DNA of 64,000 nt from NCBI RefSeq assembly GCF_013122565.1, contig NZ_CP053258.1; one strand, written 5' to 3'. Each line of letters starts with the position of its first letter. Position 1 is the first letter of the stretch. Position numbers and translations under genes: made by a program. Positions 38,836 to 52,904 of the stretch are shown here, one piece after another. Below the pieces are notes generated by a model. It saw only the letters and a list, made by a program, of their open reading frames with translations, had not been told where the DNA came from and did not search any database. Source of the stretch: Escherichia coli (GTDB lineage Bacteria > Pseudomonadota > Gammaproteobacteria > Enterobacterales > Enterobacteriaceae).

Positions 38836-40164
38836 CTACTGCCAGCTAATCTGCGCCCTGCCGTTTTTCTTACTCTTATACAGCCGCTCATCTGCCAGCA
38901 TTTTCAAGCGTTCGACGGTAGTACATTCATTTGAATGCGCTATACCGATACTGGTGCTTAAATTAATGCTTCCCACCTGGAAATGAACAATTTCTTTTAG
39001 AATCGATAGCAACTCTTCCAGCGTTCCACCCGTATAAATCACCGCAAATTCGTCACCGCCGAAGCGGTAGACTTTACCTTTATCTACGGGGATCTGTGAT
39101 TTAAGGATTTTCACCACTTTCATCAACACTTCATCGCCCAGCAAATGACCGAAGGTGTCGTTAATGTTTTTGAATTTATCGACGTCAAACAGGCACAAAT
39201 ATCCGCCTTTTTCCGGCAGGGCTTTTAAATCTTCGTCAAAGGATTTTCTGCCCATTGCTTTGGTCAGGTCGTCCAGGAACGCTGAGTTATACAGACTGTA
39301 GAGTTTTTTGACATCGGCAGCCGAAAAGAAAAGCCCGCCATCCAGTACACGTTCAAAATGGTTATTAATGATGGCTTCTTTCTCCACAATACCACGATTA
39401 ATCACTCTGCGTACCATATAGAGGCAACTGGTACCCGATATCACTGCCACCAATGCGGCAAAGAAAATAATCAATGTACAGACCCGCAAATAAACATCTT
39501 TTTTATACGCAAATACGTACAATCCTGTCGGCAAATAGGCGAAGTGCTCCATCGCTTCCGAAACGGTGAAGATGGCGTTTTTAGCATTATATTCATCACC
39601 GGTCACCGGTTTACCGTTCTTAAACAGAGAGAACATCAGGTTTTCGCTATCCATCGCCAGCGATTTTGACAGTAAAGAAAAACGCTCCAGACCAAGCAAA
39701 AATATCAGACTACGATTGTGAGTTACCGGATAGAGGTAATAGACGAAGGTTTTACCGTCAAAAGAGATAAACCCTGTATTTTTGACATGTCGATACTTCA
39801 CAACCTGCATAATATCTGCACAATAATTTTTCTCGAACTCCTTTACCTGAATACATTCGTCACTGGAAATCAGATAAGGACCGACATCGTACAAATAAGA
39901 GGGTGAAACCGAGTCGGCGTAAGCTGTGCGTAAGCCAACCAACAGCTGTTCCTCCGTGGGATTTAGCGTGTTGATAAGATCAATTGCCACGCTACGCCGA
40001 TATTCAGCAATATTTGCCACCGCAAAAGCAGTATCAATAACGGACTGTTTCAGGCTATACACCCGTTCCTTTACCATTTGAGTGTAGATCCCGCAGGCAA
40101 CTGCTGAAATCATGATAAAAATCAGCAGACTGACTGTAAGTACGAACTTATTGATTCTGGACAT
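38836..40164 (-). CDS. dgcI: Diguanylate cyclase DgcI (YliF)
   Basis: 442 aa; GGDEF motif in ...[12 protein letters not shown]... Confidence 0.9.
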   Translation of the reverse strand: MSRINKFVLTVSLLIFIMISAVACGIYTQMVKERVYSLKQSVIDTAFAVANIAEYRRSVAIDLINTLNPTEEQLLVGLRTAYADSVSPSYLYDVGPYLISSDECIQVKEFEKNYCADIMQVVKYRHVKNTGFISFDGKTFVYYLYPVTHNRSLIFLLGLERFSLLSKSLAMDSENLMFSLFKNGKPVTGDEYNAKNAIFTVSEAMEHFAYLPTGLYVFAYKKDVYLRVCTLIIFFAALVAVISGTSCLYMVRRVINRGIVEKEAIINNHFERVLDGGLFFSAADVKKLYSLYNSAFLDDLTKAMGRKSFDEDLKALPEKGGYLCLFDVDKFKNINDTFGHLLGDEVLMKVVKILKSQIPVDKGKVYRFGGDEFAVIYTGGTLEELLSILKEIVHFQVGSINLSTSIGIAHSNECTTVERLKMLADERLYKSKKNGRAQISWQ

Positions 40165-40171
40165 ACGTAAA

Positions 40172-42520
40172 CTACTCTTTTACTAATTTTCCACTTTTAT
40201 CCCAGGCGGAGAATGGCATGGGTTTCTGGTACAGATACCCCTGAGCCTGAACACATCCTAATTTGATTAATTCGCGCGCAACGTCTTCGCTCTCTACGCC
40301 TTCCGCAATCACCGGGATCCGGTTATAGCGTGCCAGGTCGAAAATAATGCGCACAATTTTTCCCGCAGTACCGAAAATATCGCCGGTAAATTGCGAGTCC
40401 ACCTTTATGCTGTCTGGATTAATTTCATAAAAACGTTTCAGGTTTGACAAACCGGTGCCAAAGTCATCAATCGATATCCGTACCCCTTGTTTACGCAGTT
40501 GTTCAATATTGAGATAAAAATGTTCATTAATTCGCTCGATCACGGTTTCAGTGATCTCAACACAGAGGCTGTTCGCCTTCAGGCCATTTTCTTTCATGAT
40601 GGTGGTAAAACGCTCATGAAAGTGCGGTTCGTTTAACTGCCAGGGCGAAACATTAATATGCAGTAAGAAATCATCCTTCAGCGATGCACGCTGACTAAAA
40701 TGTCTGAATTCACCCATTGCCGTTTTAATAATCTGATAACCCAGCTCATTGATAAACCCGATATCTTCAGCAATGGTAATGAACTTCAGCGGTGAAATGA
40801 TCCCCCGCTCCGCAGACACCCAACGGCACAACGCCTCCGCGCCCAGAATGGCGCGGGTGTTAATATCAACGATCGGTTGATAGACGAGGAATAGTTCGCC
40901 AATTTCCATTGCATGGCGAATATTACGCGCAATCCAGATATTCTCTTCTATTTCGTTGAGTTTCGCGTCATCACAGAAAATAAACTCGGAGAACATATGG
41001 TCACGGATACTGGAAATCGCCAGTTTCAGTTTTTCTGCGTAACTCCAGGCGTTTTCCCCCTGCAAAGGTTCACAAATGGCAGACTTATGGATGCGCAGAT
41101 TGCGGTAGCCAAAGCTGCTGTCAAAATCGTTTACCATCGCTATTTTACGGGTAAATGTCTGTACATTTTCCCGACACAGAAGTAAATAGAGATCGGCATT
41201 GAATGTCACGATATCGCAGCATTGTGCATATTTCTCGGCAATTCGCTGACACAATTTCCTGACGATTTTATTACGTTCATCAACACCAAACACCGCTTCC
41301 ACGGCTTCCAGACCACACAGTTTGATGATCCCCACAGCCAGATACTGATTATTGTTGGACTCAATAATCGCCATATTTTTAATAAAACCACTTTCCTGAT
41401 CGTAAGAGATCAGTGAGAGCAATTTATTTGACCGTTCAATTTCGGCATCTTTCATTTCCGCGATCGAATTTTTGATGCTGATAATCTCTTTCGCATCGCC
41501 TTCGCGAATTTTCAGAGCCTCGATCTGATCCGTTGAGTCAGGCAAAAACGCCAGCGTATTAACCAGCTCTGTCATTTCAGAAAATTGCCGACGGAACACA
41601 CGAGTGGTCATTAAATAAACCACCAGCAATACGATAATAATGAACGCAAACGGCAGATAAAAAAGTTTATCTGAGGCGTTCAATAAATTACCACCCGGAT
41701 AATAAAAATAGATTTCGAATAATGCGTTGTTTGGCACCGCTGATGTTTTTTCGATATATTTAGTATCGACAGAATCAATAATATTATAATTACCTTCGCT
41801 ATTATAAATAATCAGTTTTTCACGAGCGAGTTGATTCTTGGCAATGATCTCATGGCCTTGTTTCAAAAATAGAACTTCATCATTAGCGCTGATTTGATCA
41901 AGATACTCGTTCAGATATCGCCAGTTTAAATCGACATGAATTTTATCCACCGCTAACAAATCGTGATCTTTGCCGTTGATGCGTAGCGTAAAAGAGATAC
42001 ATTTTTTACCCGGACGATCAAAGCAATTGTAGGCCGGATTCCAGCTGTTGTTAGAGTCATCTGAAGCCACCGACCACGGTCGTTTCGATGGGTTAAAATC
42101 GGCAAAAATAACCCGCCCTGACTCGTCGACAAGCGGTCCATTTACTTGTTCCTGATGATAAACAACGATTTTATCGTTCGCCCTCCGCGAAAAGAGATAA
42201 TATTTATTATCATCAAGTACCAGTCCCACCGAGTCTAAAAATGGCATCATTTCCATTTTCAGGATCACAGCGCGTTGAATCTCCTCTGTATTTTTTAATA
42301 AATACAGTGAGTCCTTTAATGTCAGGGCCGAACGTTCAATATCTTTAAAGAAATAGCCAACGTTTTTCTGAATAAGTTCAAAGCGGCTATCGGCACGTTT
42401 TACCGCGCGTTCCGATACCAGTTGATAGTTAATGATGAAAAAAAGGCCAATAAATGACAGTGCTGCCAATAAAAATAAAATTATCAGCCTTATCTTTATC
42501 TTTTCGTATAAACTCAGCAT
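40172..42520 (-). CDS. pdeI: c-di-GMP phosphodiesterase PdeI (YliE), EAL domain
   Basis: Trimmed to [18 protein letters not shown]... (782 aa); EAL motif present. Confidence 0.9.
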   Translation of the reverse strand: MLSLYEKIKIRLIILFLLAALSFIGLFFIINYQLVSERAVKRADSRFELIQKNVGYFFKDIERSALTLKDSLYLLKNTEEIQRAVILKMEMMPFLDSVGLVLDDNKYYLFSRRANDKIVVYHQEQVNGPLVDESGRVIFADFNPSKRPWSVASDDSNNSWNPAYNCFDRPGKKCISFTLRINGKDHDLLAVDKIHVDLNWRYLNEYLDQISANDEVLFLKQGHEIIAKNQLAREKLIIYNSEGNYNIIDSVDTKYIEKTSAVPNNALFEIYFYYPGGNLLNASDKLFYLPFAFIIIVLLVVYLMTTRVFRRQFSEMTELVNTLAFLPDSTDQIEALKIREGDAKEIISIKNSIAEMKDAEIERSNKLLSLISYDQESGFIKNMAIIESNNNQYLAVGIIKLCGLEAVEAVFGVDERNKIVRKLCQRIAEKYAQCCDIVTFNADLYLLLCRENVQTFTRKIAMVNDFDSSFGYRNLRIHKSAICEPLQGENAWSYAEKLKLAISSIRDHMFSEFIFCDDAKLNEIEENIWIARNIRHAMEIGELFLVYQPIVDINTRAILGAEALCRWVSAERGIISPLKFITIAEDIGFINELGYQIIKTAMGEFRHFSQRASLKDDFLLHINVSPWQLNEPHFHERFTTIMKENGLKANSLCVEITETVIERINEHFYLNIEQLRKQGVRISIDDFGTGLSNLKRFYEINPDSIKVDSQFTGDIFGTAGKIVRIIFDLARYNRIPVIAEGVESEDVARELIKLGCVQAQGYLYQKPMPFSAWDKSGKLVKE

Positions 42521-42697
42521 GTTAATACATTTAACAAAATAACTGTCTGAACGCTGTGCCGCTGCAAAAACAGTCCCTTGCTGCGGCTTTTTAACCAAAT
42601 TACCCGATTCTACAAAATCAGCAGAAAGTTACAACACTTGCTTAGGGCAATAATTTCCTGTGAGGTGATTACTCTTTCAAGCAATATTCAAACGTAA

Positions 42698-43609
42698 CTA
42701 TCCTTTAATTTTCGGATCCAGCGCATCGCGTAAACCATCGCCCAACAAATTGAACGCCAGTACAGTCAGAAAAATAGCCAGGGCCGGAAAAACAGCGACA
42801 TGCGGCGCGATAACCATATCCGCTCGAGCCTCATTGAGCATTGCTCCCCACTCTGGTGTCGGCGGCTGCGCACCGAGGCCGAGAAATGACAGGCTGGCGG
42901 CAGAGATAATCGAGGTACCAATCCGCATGGTGAAAAACACCACGATAGAAGAGACGGTCCCAGGCAGGATATGACGCAACAAAATGGTCATATCGCTGGC
43001 ACCAATACTGCGTGCTGACTCAATAAAGGTTTGCTGTTTCAACACCAGCGTGTTGCCGCGCACCAGGCGGGCAAACGCGGGGATGGAAAAAATGGCGACT
43101 GCAATAATCACGTTAGCAATGCCGCTTCCCAACACCGCAACAACAGCGATCGCCAGTAAAATACCCGGGAAGGCAAACAGCACATCGCAAATGCGCATGA
43201 TCAGCCGATCCCACCAGCCTTCATAATATCCAGCCAGCAAACCCAGCAACGTCCCTATCGCCGCACCGATAAACACGGCAAACACGCCCGCCGCCAGCGA
43301 GATTTGCGCACCAACCAGGACACGGCTGAAAATGTCACGCCCCAGTGAATCGACGCCAAACCAGTGCTGCAAAGAAGGTCCGTTATTCAGATTGTCATAA
43401 TCAAAATAATTTTCGGCGTCATAGGGAGCGATCCAGCGTGCAAAAATGGCCACCACAATCAATAAAATAACGAATAATGCGGCGGTCATCGCCATATGCT
43501 GACGGCGAAATCGTCGCCAGAATTCATGCCACGGTGTACGTACCTGGTCAGGTTTGACCAGTGGCATGGCGTTTAACACCGCCTGACGTCGCCAGTTAAA
43601 TAGTCGCAT
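42698..43609 (-). CDS. gsiD: Glutathione ABC transporter permease GsiD
   Basis: 303 aa permease; synteny gsiABCD. Confidence 0.9.
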   Translation of the reverse strand: MRLFNWRRQAVLNAMPLVKPDQVRTPWHEFWRRFRRQHMAMTAALFVILLIVVAIFARWIAPYDAENYFDYDNLNNGPSLQHWFGVDSLGRDIFSRVLVGAQISLAAGVFAVFIGAAIGTLLGLLAGYYEGWWDRLIMRICDVLFAFPGILLAIAVVAVLGSGIANVIIAVAIFSIPAFARLVRGNTLVLKQQTFIESARSIGASDMTILLRHILPGTVSSIVVFFTMRIGTSIISAASLSFLGLGAQPPTPEWGAMLNEARADMVIAPHVAVFPALAIFLTVLAFNLLGDGLRDALDPKIKG

Positions 43610-43611
43610 CC

Positions 43612-44532
43612 TTACTTGTACCTGATAGCCGGGTTAATGGCGGCGTAAAGCACATCCACCACTAAGTTGATAAGAATAAATTCCAGCGAGAAAAGCAGAA
43701 TTTCCGCCTGAATCACCGGGTAATCGCGCATTTCTACGGAGTCAACGAGTAAGCGTCCAAGTCCGGGCCAGTTGAAAACTTTCTCCACCACGATGGAACC
43801 ACCGAGCAAAAAGCCAAACTGTAAGCCCATCATGGTCACTACCGGGATCATCGCGTTGCGTAGCCCGTGTTTGAGGACAACCCAGGTTTCGCTCACCCCT
43901 TTCGCCCTCGCGGTACGCATATAATCTTCGCTTAAAACGTCGACAAACGACGCGCGGGTAAAGCGCGCCATCACGGCGGCCACTGCCGCGCCGAGCGTCA
44001 GGGAGGGTAAAATGTAGTGCTGCCAACTGTCTGCTCCCACGGTCGGCAGCCAGCCCAGTTCAACAGAGAATACCTGAATTAAAAGCATCCCCAGAGCAAA
44101 TGCCGGAAACGAGATCCCCGACACCGCAATGGTCATACTCAATCGATCCGGCCAACGGTTACGCCAGACGGCGGCGATAATTCCCGCCGCCATACCAAAT
44201 ATCACCGCCCAGACCATACTGGTTATGGTCAGCCACAGCGTTGGCATAAAGCGGCTGGCAATCTCATCGGCAACCGGACGACGCGACACCATCGACAGGC
44301 CAAAATCCCCCTGCACAGCATTGCTGATATAGTGCCAGAACTGGTGATACAGCGGCTGATCCAACCCCAGCTGCTGACGCACCAGTTCTATAACCTGCGC
44401 ATCAGCTTCGGGCCCGGCAATCAATCGCGCCGGATCGCCGGGCAGCATATGGACAAATAAAAACACCAGCACCGAGACGATAAACAGCGTCGGAATCAAC
44501 CCCAGCAAGCGTTTGATAACGTAATTAAGCAT
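43612..44532 (-). CDS. gsiC: Glutathione ABC transporter permease GsiC
   Basis: 306 aa permease. Confidence 0.9.
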   Translation of the reverse strand: MLNYVIKRLLGLIPTLFIVSVLVFLFVHMLPGDPARLIAGPEADAQVIELVRQQLGLDQPLYHQFWHYISNAVQGDFGLSMVSRRPVADEIASRFMPTLWLTITSMVWAVIFGMAAGIIAAVWRNRWPDRLSMTIAVSGISFPAFALGMLLIQVFSVELGWLPTVGADSWQHYILPSLTLGAAVAAVMARFTRASFVDVLSEDYMRTARAKGVSETWVVLKHGLRNAMIPVVTMMGLQFGFLLGGSIVVEKVFNWPGLGRLLVDSVEMRDYPVIQAEILLFSLEFILINLVVDVLYAAINPAIRYK

Positions 44533-44549
44533 TCCACTCCCTGCGTTGC

Positions 44550-46088
44550 TTATTGCAAATCCGCGTCTTCAAAGCTGAAGCCGGTGTCTGGCATGATCCA
44601 AAAACCGGTCAGGTTTTTACTGTGTGCCGACACCAGTTTTTCTACCACCAGCGGGATCCATGGCGATTCTTGCCAGATGATATCCTGCGCCGCCTTATAT
44701 AAGCGGGTCTTTTCCGCCGGATCATTAGTTTTCAGTGCCTGAGACAGGAAGTCATCCACCTGTTTATTGCTGTAAAACGCGGTATTAAACAGCGTCGGTG
44801 GCCAGTTTTGCGAGGCAAACAGCGGCGATAGTGCCCAGTCAGCTTCGCCGGTTGAAGCCGACCAGCCAGTGTAGAACATCCGCACGCCGCTCTCTTTTTG
44901 CCCTTTACCTTCAACTTCTGCCGCCCGCTGTCCGGCATCCATCGCAGTCACCTGGGCTTTAATCCCGACCTGCGCTAACTGCTGCTGGGTAAATTGCAGC
45001 ACTTTCTGCGCGGTGCTGTGGTTATGTGACGACCACAGCGTGGTACTGAAACCGTTGGGATATCCCGCCTCTTTCAGTAATTCGCGCGCTTTCACTGGAT
45101 CGTAAGGCCACGGTTTATAACTTTGCGCGTAGGCGATACTCGGCGGTACCACACCAGTAGCTGGCGTTGCATAGCCCGCGAAGGCCACTTTCACCAGCGC
45201 CGGGCGGTTAATGGCGTAATTCAGCGCCTCACGGACCTTCGGGTTATCGAACGGCTTTTGCGTCACGTTCATACTGATATAACGCTGCATAATTGACGGA
45301 CTGGCCATCAACTCTATATTTTTGTTTTTTTCCAGCAGTGCGGCCTGCTCGTAAGGAATGGGGAAAGCAAACTGCGCTTCACCGGTTTGCAGCATTGCCG
45401 CGCGGGTGTTGTTATCCGCCACCGGACGCCAGGTTATGCTGTCCAGTTTGGGCAATCCTGGCTGCCAGTAACCCGCGAATTTTTTCACCTTCACAAAATC
45501 GGTCTGATTCCAGGTATCCAGTTCATACGGTCCGGTTCCCACCGGATGAAAACCAATCTCCTTGCCATATTTTTCCAGCGCTGCCGGTGAAATCATCGCG
45601 GTCGCCGGATGGGCAAGAATATTAATAAACGCTGAGAACGGCTGTTTGAGGGTAATCTTTACCGTTGTCGGATCGATCGCTTCCGTTTTGGCAATATTCT
45701 TATACAGGTTGTAGCGTTTAAGATGATTCGCCGGATCGCTGGCCCGGTCCAGATTCGCTTTCACCGCCGCTGCGTTGAAATCGGTGCCATCCTGGAATTT
45801 AATGCCTTCCCGCAATTTCACGGTGTATGTAAGGCCGTCATCGGAAACGGTATAACTCTCCGCCAGCACGTTTTTCAGTTTCATCTCTTTATCCAGACCA
45901 AACAGCCCCTGGTAAAACGATTTCGCTACGGCCTGAGATAACGTGTCATTTGCGTCATACGGATCGAGCGTGGTGAAGTTCGATCCTACCGCTACCACCA
46001 CATCTTTGGCAGCGAATGCACAAGATGCCATCAACGCTGTCGCAATGCCCAGCGCCACTAACCCACTACGGTGTACAGCTCTTGCCAT
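44550..46088 (-). CDS. gsiB: Glutathione-binding periplasmic protein GsiB
   Basis: Trimmed to [26 protein letters not shown]... (512 aa). Confidence 0.9.
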   Translation of the reverse strand: MARAVHRSGLVALGIATALMASCAFAAKDVVVAVGSNFTTLDPYDANDTLSQAVAKSFYQGLFGLDKEMKLKNVLAESYTVSDDGLTYTVKLREGIKFQDGTDFNAAAVKANLDRASDPANHLKRYNLYKNIAKTEAIDPTTVKITLKQPFSAFINILAHPATAMISPAALEKYGKEIGFHPVGTGPYELDTWNQTDFVKVKKFAGYWQPGLPKLDSITWRPVADNNTRAAMLQTGEAQFAFPIPYEQAALLEKNKNIELMASPSIMQRYISMNVTQKPFDNPKVREALNYAINRPALVKVAFAGYATPATGVVPPSIAYAQSYKPWPYDPVKARELLKEAGYPNGFSTTLWSSHNHSTAQKVLQFTQQQLAQVGIKAQVTAMDAGQRAAEVEGKGQKESGVRMFYTGWSASTGEADWALSPLFASQNWPPTLFNTAFYSNKQVDDFLSQALKTNDPAEKTRLYKAAQDIIWQESPWIPLVVEKLVSAHSKNLTGFWIMPDTGFSFEDADLQ

Positions 46089-46107
46089 TTTATTCTCCGC
46101 CTGAATG

Positions 46108-47979
46108 TTATCTACGCATGAATGCGTATTCTGATTGTGGTTGTGCGACGTAATGCCCCGGCCCGACGCATTGCAACGAGACGGCTGCCACCTCTTCGCC
46201 ACGCAGATGAATATTGCTGGGAAGATCGTCCGACAGCAGTACACGCTGCGGTCGTTGTCGGGACGGTTCAGCGACCGGAACTGCCGCCAGTAATTTACGC
46301 GTATAAGGATGCTGCGGGTTTTCGAAGACCGCGCGCCGTGGACCAATTTCAACAATTTGCCCGAGATACATCACCGCCACACGATGACTAATCCGCTCTA
46401 CCACAGCCATATCGTGGGAGATAAACAGATACGCAATGCCGAAATCACGCTGGAGATCGAGCAACAAGTTGATAATCTGCCCGCGAATAGAAACATCCAG
46501 CGCCGAAACGGCTTCGTCGGCAATGATCACTTTTGGATTCAATGCCAACGCGCGAGCAATGCAGATGCGCTGGCGCTGACCGCCGGAAAACTCATGCGGG
46601 TAACGCCAGGCATGTTCAGGTAACAGGCCCACGCGCTCCAGCAACCACGCAACGCGTGCAGCCGCGTCTTTACCTGGCAATAAACCGTGTACACGCAGCG
46701 GTTCGATAATCGAATCACCGATGGTCTGACGTGGGTCCAGCGAAGCGTAAGGGTCCTGAAAAATAAACTGAATATCCCGGCGCAATGCCTGAAGTTTGCC
46801 GGGTGACAAGGTATCGATTCGCTGACCGTTAAAGATAATTTCGCCGCCCTGCGATTCGACCAGGCGCAGCAACGCCCGCCCGGTAGTGGATTTACCGCTG
46901 CCAGACTCGCCCACCAGCGATAGCGTTTCGCCAGGCCAGAGATCAAAACTGACTTTCTCAACGGCATGCACTTCCCGCGTTACGCGATTCAACAAACCGC
47001 TGCGCAAAGAGAAACGGGTGACCAGATTACGCACCCGTAAAACAGGTTCGCCATCCACCACCGTTTTCTGCTCGATGGGGGGTCCCTGTTTCGCTGGATG
47101 TTCAAGCGATATCAACGGGAAACGTCGGGGATAATCTAACCCTTTCATCGCACCAAGTTGCGGAACAGCAGCTAACAGCGCACGGGTGTGAGGATGTTGC
47201 GGCGCATGAAAAATCTGTTCGACGGTACCCGTTTCCACCGCCTCGCCCTGATACATCACCAGTACCCGATCGGCAATCTCTGCCACCACGCCCATATCGT
47301 GCGTGATAAAGATAACGCCCATCGACATCTCTTTTTGCAATACTTTGATTAATTGCAGGATCTGCGCCTGAATAGTGACATCCAGCGCGGTGGTTGGCTC
47401 ATCGGCAATCAGCACCGCCGGGCGGCATGACAGCGCCATCGCAATCATCACTCGCTGGCGCATCCCGCCAGAGAGTTGATGCGGATAACGTGAAAGGATG
47501 GTTTGTGCCTCCGGAATGCGTACCTGATCCAGCATCCGCTTCGCCTCGACCATCGCTTCTTCACGACTGGCGTTTTGATGCAGACGAATTGATTCGGCAA
47601 TCTGTTCACCCACAGTAAATACCGGGTTCAGCGATGTCATCGGCTCCTGAAATATCATCGCCATATCCGCACCGCGCACATGGCGCATTTGTGCAGCGCT
47701 CTGCTCGCTAAGTTCAATCACTTCGCGACTGCGCCGCCGCAACAGCATTTGATCGCACTGCACTAAACCGCCCGCCTGTTCCAACAGGCGCATCAATGCC
47801 AGCGCAGTCACTGACTTACCGGAGCCGGATTCGCCAACAATTGCCAGCGTCTCACCGCGTTGCAGGCTAAAAGAGAGATTGCGGACCGCAGCTATTTTCT
47901 GCTGGTCCTGCATAAAGGCAATATTCAGATTTTCAACCGCCAGCACATCACCGGCATCAAGTTCATCACTGTGTGGCAA
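46108..47979 (-). CDS. gsiA: Glutathione ABC transporter ATPase GsiA (two ABC domains); apparent TTG start
   Basis: 623 aa if initiated at TTG 47977-47979 preceding [11 protein letters not shown]...; duplicated Walker A GESGSGKS. Confidence 0.85.
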   Translation of the reverse strand: MPHSDELDAGDVLAVENLNIAFMQDQQKIAAVRNLSFSLQRGETLAIVGESGSGKSVTALALMRLLEQAGGLVQCDQMLLRRRSREVIELSEQSAAQMRHVRGADMAMIFQEPMTSLNPVFTVGEQIAESIRLHQNASREEAMVEAKRMLDQVRIPEAQTILSRYPHQLSGGMRQRVMIAMALSCRPAVLIADEPTTALDVTIQAQILQLIKVLQKEMSMGVIFITHDMGVVAEIADRVLVMYQGEAVETGTVEQIFHAPQHPHTRALLAAVPQLGAMKGLDYPRRFPLISLEHPAKQGPPIEQKTVVDGEPVLRVRNLVTRFSLRSGLLNRVTREVHAVEKVSFDLWPGETLSLVGESGSGKSTTGRALLRLVESQGGEIIFNGQRIDTLSPGKLQALRRDIQFIFQDPYASLDPRQTIGDSIIEPLRVHGLLPGKDAAARVAWLLERVGLLPEHAWRYPHEFSGGQRQRICIARALALNPKVIIADEAVSALDVSIRGQIINLLLDLQRDFGIAYLFISHDMAVVERISHRVAVMYLGQIVEIGPRRAVFENPQHPYTRKLLAAVPVAEPSRQRPQRVLLSDDLPSNIHLRGEEVAAVSLQCVGPGHYVAQPQSEYAFMRR

Positions 47980-48931
47980 CGGTGTCCCCTTTTTCACGGT
48001 AGATACCGGTGGTTGGCGTATCGCCTGCGTAGCCCCAGGCGCGATACATTCCTTCGGTGTTAAACGGTAGCGCGACATTCCCTTCATGGTCGATAGCGAT
48101 TAAGCCACCGTTACCGCCAAGCGCAGGGAGTTTTTCCATTACTACCCGCTCGCAGGCTTCCGCGAGACTTAATCCGCCGTAATCCATTAACGCGGCGATG
48201 TCATATGCCGCCAGCGAGCGGATGAAGACTTCGCCCGTGCCGGTACAAGAAACCGCCACACTGGCATTATTGGCGTAGCATCCGGCACCCACTAAGGGGC
48301 TATCGCCAACTCGTCCGGGTAATTTATTGGTCATTCCGCCCGTGGACGTGGCTGCCGCCAGATTGCCGTCTAAATCCAACGCCACGGCCCCCACGGTGCC
48401 CATTTTCTGTTTTTCATCCAGTGGCGCACCGCTATGGTCGAGGACTGTTGCCCCTTCCTCGCGCGCTGCCAGTAGTTGTTCATAACGCAAAGGCGTGGAG
48501 AAAATCTCCGGTGAGACGCGCTCCATGCCATGAGCAAACGCAAAATTTTCTGCCCCTTCGCCAATCATCATCACGTGCGCGCTTTGCTCCATCACCAGCC
48601 GGGCGGCAAGAACCGGATTACGCAGATGACTAACGCCCGCCACCGCACCGGCTTTCAGGGTGTTACCATCCATCACACAGGCGTCCAGTTCATGGGTTTC
48701 ATCACGCGTAAAGACAGCGCCAATTCCGGCGTTAAACAGTGGACACTCTTCCAGCAGACGCACCGCTTCCGTCACCACATCCAGTGCACTTTCGCCCGCT
48801 TCCAGCATTTTCTGCCCGGTTTCAACAATGGCAGACAATGCCTCGATGTAGCGTAATTCCTGTTGCAGACTCATCTGTGCGCGGCTAATTGCACCTGCGC
48901 CGCCATGAATTGCAATGACTGCTTTGCCCAT
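47966..48931 (-). CDS. iaaA: Isoaspartyl peptidase / L-asparaginase IaaA
   Basis: 321 aa; [19 protein letters not shown]... Confidence 0.95.
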   Translation of the reverse strand: MGKAVIAIHGGAGAISRAQMSLQQELRYIEALSAIVETGQKMLEAGESALDVVTEAVRLLEECPLFNAGIGAVFTRDETHELDACVMDGNTLKAGAVAGVSHLRNPVLAARLVMEQSAHVMMIGEGAENFAFAHGMERVSPEIFSTPLRYEQLLAAREEGATVLDHSGAPLDEKQKMGTVGAVALDLDGNLAAATSTGGMTNKLPGRVGDSPLVGAGCYANNASVAVSCTGTGEVFIRSLAAYDIAALMDYGGLSLAEACERVVMEKLPALGGNGGLIAIDHEGNVALPFNTEGMYRAWGYAGDTPTTGIYREKGDTVATQ

Positions 48932-49134
48932 AGTATTCGTCCATTAAGGGTGGCTCGCCACTTTTGTTATAAATATCAGAATTTTTATTAATTACTCATT
49001 CAATTTTTGAATATAGAAAGATGGATATGGCATGTAAAGGCAGGAGCCAGCGCTACGCCCGAGGTGGAATACAGTCCGTGGCATTTTTCTGACATAATAG
49101 GCAAATTCGATTTTCCCTCCGCAGGAGTGTTTTC

Positions 49135-50370
49135 ATGGAATTTACCACCGGATTGATGTCGCTCGACACCGCGCTTAATGAGATGCTTTCTCGCGTCACC
49201 CCACTGACCGCCCAGGAAACGCTGCCACTGGTACAGTGTTTTGGACGTATTCTGGCGAGCGATGTCGTTTCGCCACTGGATGTCCCGGGTTTTGATAACT
49301 CCGCTATGGACGGCTACGCGGTGCGTTTAGCCGATATTGCCTCCGGGCAACCGCTGCCCGTTGCCGGTAAATCCTTTGCCGGTCAGCCGTACCATGGTGA
49401 ATGGCCTGCGGGTACCTGCATTCGTATTATGACCGGTGCGCCGGTGCCGGAAGGCTGCGAAGCGGTGGTGATGCAGGAGCAGACTGAACAAACGGACAAT
49501 GGCGTGCGTTTTACTGCTGAAGTGCGTAGCGGGCAAAATATTCGCCGTCGCGGTGAAGATATCTCTGCAGGTGCGGTTGTTTTCCCGGCGGGAACTCGCC
49601 TGACTACCGCAGAGCTGCCAGTAATTGCTTCACTGGGGATTGCCGAAGTTCCGGTGATTCGTAAAGTGCGTGTAGCGCTTTTTTCTACCGGTGATGAACT
49701 CCAGTTGCCCGGTCAGCCGCTGGGCGACGGCCAAATCTACGATACCAACCGTCTCGCCGTACACCTGATGTTAGAACAGTTGGGATGCGAGGTAATCAAC
49801 TTAGGGATTATCCGCGACGATCCACATGCCCTGCGCGCCGCATTTATTGAAGCCGACAGCCAGGCGGATGTGGTGATCAGTTCCGGCGGTGTTTCAGTGG
49901 GTGAAGCGGATTACACCAAAACGATTCTTGAAGAGCTGGGGGAGATCGCCTTCTGGAAGCTGGCGATTAAACCAGGTAAACCGTTCGCGTTCGGTAAACT
50001 CAGCAATAGCTGGTTCTGCGGCCTGCCGGGCAACCCGGTTTCAGCGACGCTGACCTTCTATCAACTGGTACAGCCTTTGCTGGCAAAACTAAGCGGTAAC
50101 ACCGCCAGCGGCCTGCCCGCGCGCCAGCGCGTACGCACAGCGTCCCGCCTGAAAAAAACGCCAGGTCGCCTTGATTTCCAGCGCGGCGTGCTGCAACGCA
50201 ACGCCGATGGAGAACTGGAAGTGACGACCACCGGACATCAGGGTTCACATATATTTAGCTCCTTTAGCCTCGGCAACTGCTTTATCGTGCTGGAACGCGA
50301 TCGCGGCAATGTGGAAGTGGGCGAATGGGTGGAAGTAGAACCGTTTAACGCATTGTTCGGAGGCCGGTAA
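49135..50370 (+). CDS. moeA: Molybdopterin molybdenumtransferase MoeA
   Basis: 411 aa; synteny with moeB. Confidence 0.95.
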   Translation: MEFTTGLMSLDTALNEMLSRVTPLTAQETLPLVQCFGRILASDVVSPLDVPGFDNSAMDGYAVRLADIASGQPLPVAGKSFAGQPYHGEWPAGTCIRIMTGAPVPEGCEAVVMQEQTEQTDNGVRFTAEVRSGQNIRRRGEDISAGAVVFPAGTRLTTAELPVIASLGIAEVPVIRKVRVALFSTGDELQLPGQPLGDGQIYDTNRLAVHLMLEQLGCEVINLGIIRDDPHALRAAFIEADSQADVVISSGGVSVGEADYTKTILEELGEIAFWKLAIKPGKPFAFGKLSNSWFCGLPGNPVSATLTFYQLVQPLLAKLSGNTASGLPARQRVRTASRLKKTPGRLDFQRGVLQRNADGELEVTTTGHQGSHIFSSFSLGNCFIVLERDRGNVEVGEWVEVEPFNALFGGR

Positions 50371-51119
50371 TGGCGGAACTCAGCGATCAGGAGATGCTGC
50401 GCTATAACCGGCAAATCATTCTGCGCGGTTTTGATTTTGACGGTCAGGAGGCGCTAAAAGATTCTCGTGTGCTGGTAGTCGGCCTCGGTGGACTCGGCTG
50501 CGCAGCCTCGCAGTATCTGGCAAGCGCCGGTGTCGGCAACCTGACGCTGCTCGACTTCGACACGGTTTCGCTCTCGAATCTGCAACGCCAGACGCTGCAC
50601 AGTGATGCTACGGTCGGGCAACCGAAGGTGGAATCCGCCCGTGACGCCCTGACGCGGATCAACCCACATATCGCGATTACGCCAGTCAATGCACTGCTGG
50701 ATGACGCAGAACTTGCAGCATTGATTGCTGAACACGATCTTGTGCTCGACTGTACGGATAACGTTGCGGTACGTAATCAACTGAACGCAGGCTGTTTTGC
50801 CGCGAAGGTGCCGCTGGTTTCCGGCGCGGCAATTCGTATGGAAGGGCAAATCACGGTCTTCACTTATCAGGACGGCGAGCCTTGCTATCGCTGCCTTAGC
50901 CGTTTGTTTGGCGAGAACGCGTTAACCTGCGTAGAAGCAGGCGTGATGGCACCGTTGATCGGCGTAATTGGTTCGTTGCAGGCAATGGAAGCGATCAAAC
51001 TGCTGGCAGGTTATGGTAAACCGGCCAGCGGGAAAATCGTCATGTACGATGCGATGACCTGTCAGTTTCGTGAAATGAAACTGATGCGCAATCCGGGGTG
51101 TGAGGTGTGCGGGCAGTAA
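50370..51119 (+). CDS. moeB: Molybdopterin-synthase adenylyltransferase MoeB
   Basis: 249 aa; GLGGLGC nucleotide-binding motif and C-terminal CxxC. Confidence 0.95.
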   Translation: MAELSDQEMLRYNRQIILRGFDFDGQEALKDSRVLVVGLGGLGCAASQYLASAGVGNLTLLDFDTVSLSNLQRQTLHSDATVGQPKVESARDALTRINPHIAITPVNALLDDAELAALIAEHDLVLDCTDNVAVRNQLNAGCFAAKVPLVSGAAIRMEGQITVFTYQDGEPCYRCLSRLFGENALTCVEAGVMAPLIGVIGSLQAMEAIKLLAGYGKPASGKIVMYDAMTCQFREMKLMRNPGCEVCGQ

Positions 51120-51206
51120 TTGCCACCTCCAGGCCTGATAAGACGTGGCAGGCATCGGTGCACTCCGCCACGTCATCAGCAATTTATGAGGATGCAGAAC
51201 GTCCGG

Positions 51207-51869
51207 TTAAATCGACGTTCTGCCAAACGCTCCCTGCCAGTCCTGCTCAAACTTCGCCACAGCGGCATCAACCGCCGGATAGCTAATCATATGTTGTGCC
51301 ACATCCAGTGGCAGAGTAATTGATTCACATCCTGCCAGTAAGCAGTCCAGCGCCTGACGCGGGGTTTTGAAACTCGCGGCTAACACTTTCGCCCGCGGCG
51401 CATGCATTTTCAATAACTGGTGTAAGTCGGTCACAGTCTGAATACCGCTACCGCCCTGAGCATCAATACGATTAACGTAAGGCGCAACATATTCCGCACC
51501 TGCCAGCGCCGACAGCAGCCCTTGTGCTGCGCCATATACCGCGGTTCCCAGCGTCGGAATCCCTTCCGCTTTTAACATCTTAATCGCTGCCAGCCCCTCG
51601 GTGGTAACCGGAACTTTCACCACGATATCCGCAATAATAGAACGCAATTTACGTGCGTCATTCACCATCCCTTCAGCAGTGGTAGCCATTACCTGGGCAA
51701 ACAGACGCCCCTGACCGCCCATCGCTTCATGAAGTTGCGGAAGCACAACCTCCAGCGGTTTTTTACCCGCGGCGATAATGCTTGGGTTAGTGGTCACACC
51801 CGCCAGCGGAAAAATACGTGACAGCGCCTTCACCGCAACAACGTCTGAAGTATCCAGATACAGTTCCAT
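51207..51869 (-). CDS. fsaA: Fructose-6-phosphate aldolase 1
   Basis: Trimmed to [31 protein letters not shown]... (220 aa). Confidence 0.95.
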   Translation of the reverse strand: MELYLDTSDVVAVKALSRIFPLAGVTTNPSIIAAGKKPLEVVLPQLHEAMGGQGRLFAQVMATTAEGMVNDARKLRSIIADIVVKVPVTTEGLAAIKMLKAEGIPTLGTAVYGAAQGLLSALAGAEYVAPYVNRIDAQGGSGIQTVTDLHQLLKMHAPRAKVLAASFKTPRQALDCLLAGCESITLPLDVAQHMISYPAVDAAVAKFEQDWQGAFGRTSI

Positions 51870-51999
51870 AAACATCCTCAAAATGTACTTTTTGTCTGAA
51901 TGTAGACTATCACGGGAAAACTCTCTGAACAGTTGACGCACATCAATCTAACTTTCATTCGAAAGTATTTTAATGTTTGAACGAAACAGAGAGGCAACT

Positions 52000-52899
52000 A
52001 TGATTTTCAATATTCAGCGCTACTCGACCCATGATGGCCCCGGTATCCGCACGGTCGTATTTCTTAAAGGCTGTTCGCTGGGCTGCCGATGGTGTCAGAA
52101 CCCGGAAAGCCGCGCCCGAACGCAGGATCTGCTGTATGACGCACGACTGTGTCTGGAAGGCTGCGAGCTGTGCGCTAAGGCCGCGCCGGAAGTGATTGAG
52201 CGCGCACTGAATGGCTTGCTTATTCATCGGGAAAAGTTAACCCCGGAGCATCTGACGGCGTTAACCGACTGCTGCCCGACACAGGCGTTAACCGTGTGTG
52301 GGGAAGTGAAAAGCGTTGAGGAGATCATGGCGACCGTTCTGCGCGATAAACCGTTTTACGATCGCAGCGGCGGCGGCTTAACGCTTTCTGGCGGTGAACC
52401 GTTTATGCAGCCGGAAATGGCGACGGCGCTACTGCAAGCCTGCCACGAGGCCGGCATTCATACTGCGGTAGAAACCTGTCTGCATGTGCCGTGGAAATAT
52501 ATCGCCCCTTCTCTGCCCTATATCGATCTGTTTCTTGCCGATTTAAAACACGTCGCCGACGCGCCGTTTAAACAGTGGACCGACGGTAACGCCGCCAGGG
52601 TGCTGGATAATCTGAAAAAACTCGCTGCGGCGGGGAAAAAAATCATCATCCGCGTACCGCTGATTCAGGGCTTTAATGCCGACGAAACCGCTGTAAAAGC
52701 CATTACCGATTTTGCCGCCGACGAGCTGCACGTTGGCGAAATCCATTTCCTGCCCTACCACACGCTGGGCATCAACAAATATCACTTACTTAATCTGCCC
52801 TATGACGCCCCGGAAAAACCGCTTGATGCGCCAGAACTGCTCGACTTTGCCCAGCAGTATGCCTGCCAGAAAGGGTTAACCGCGACCTTACGAGGATAA
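52000..52899 (+). CDS. pflE: Glycyl-radical enzyme activating enzyme PflE (YbiY)
   Basis: Trimmed to [36 protein letters not shown] (radical SAM CxxxCxxC). Confidence 0.9.
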   Translation: MIFNIQRYSTHDGPGIRTVVFLKGCSLGCRWCQNPESRARTQDLLYDARLCLEGCELCAKAAPEVIERALNGLLIHREKLTPEHLTALTDCCPTQALTVCGEVKSVEEIMATVLRDKPFYDRSGGGLTLSGGEPFMQPEMATALLQACHEAGIHTAVETCLHVPWKYIAPSLPYIDLFLADLKHVADAPFKQWTDGNAARVLDNLKKLAAAGKKIIIRVPLIQGFNADETAVKAITDFAADELHVGEIHFLPYHTLGINKYHLLNLPYDAPEKPLDAPELLDFAQQYACQKGLTATLRG

Positions 52900-52904
52900 C
52901 AACC

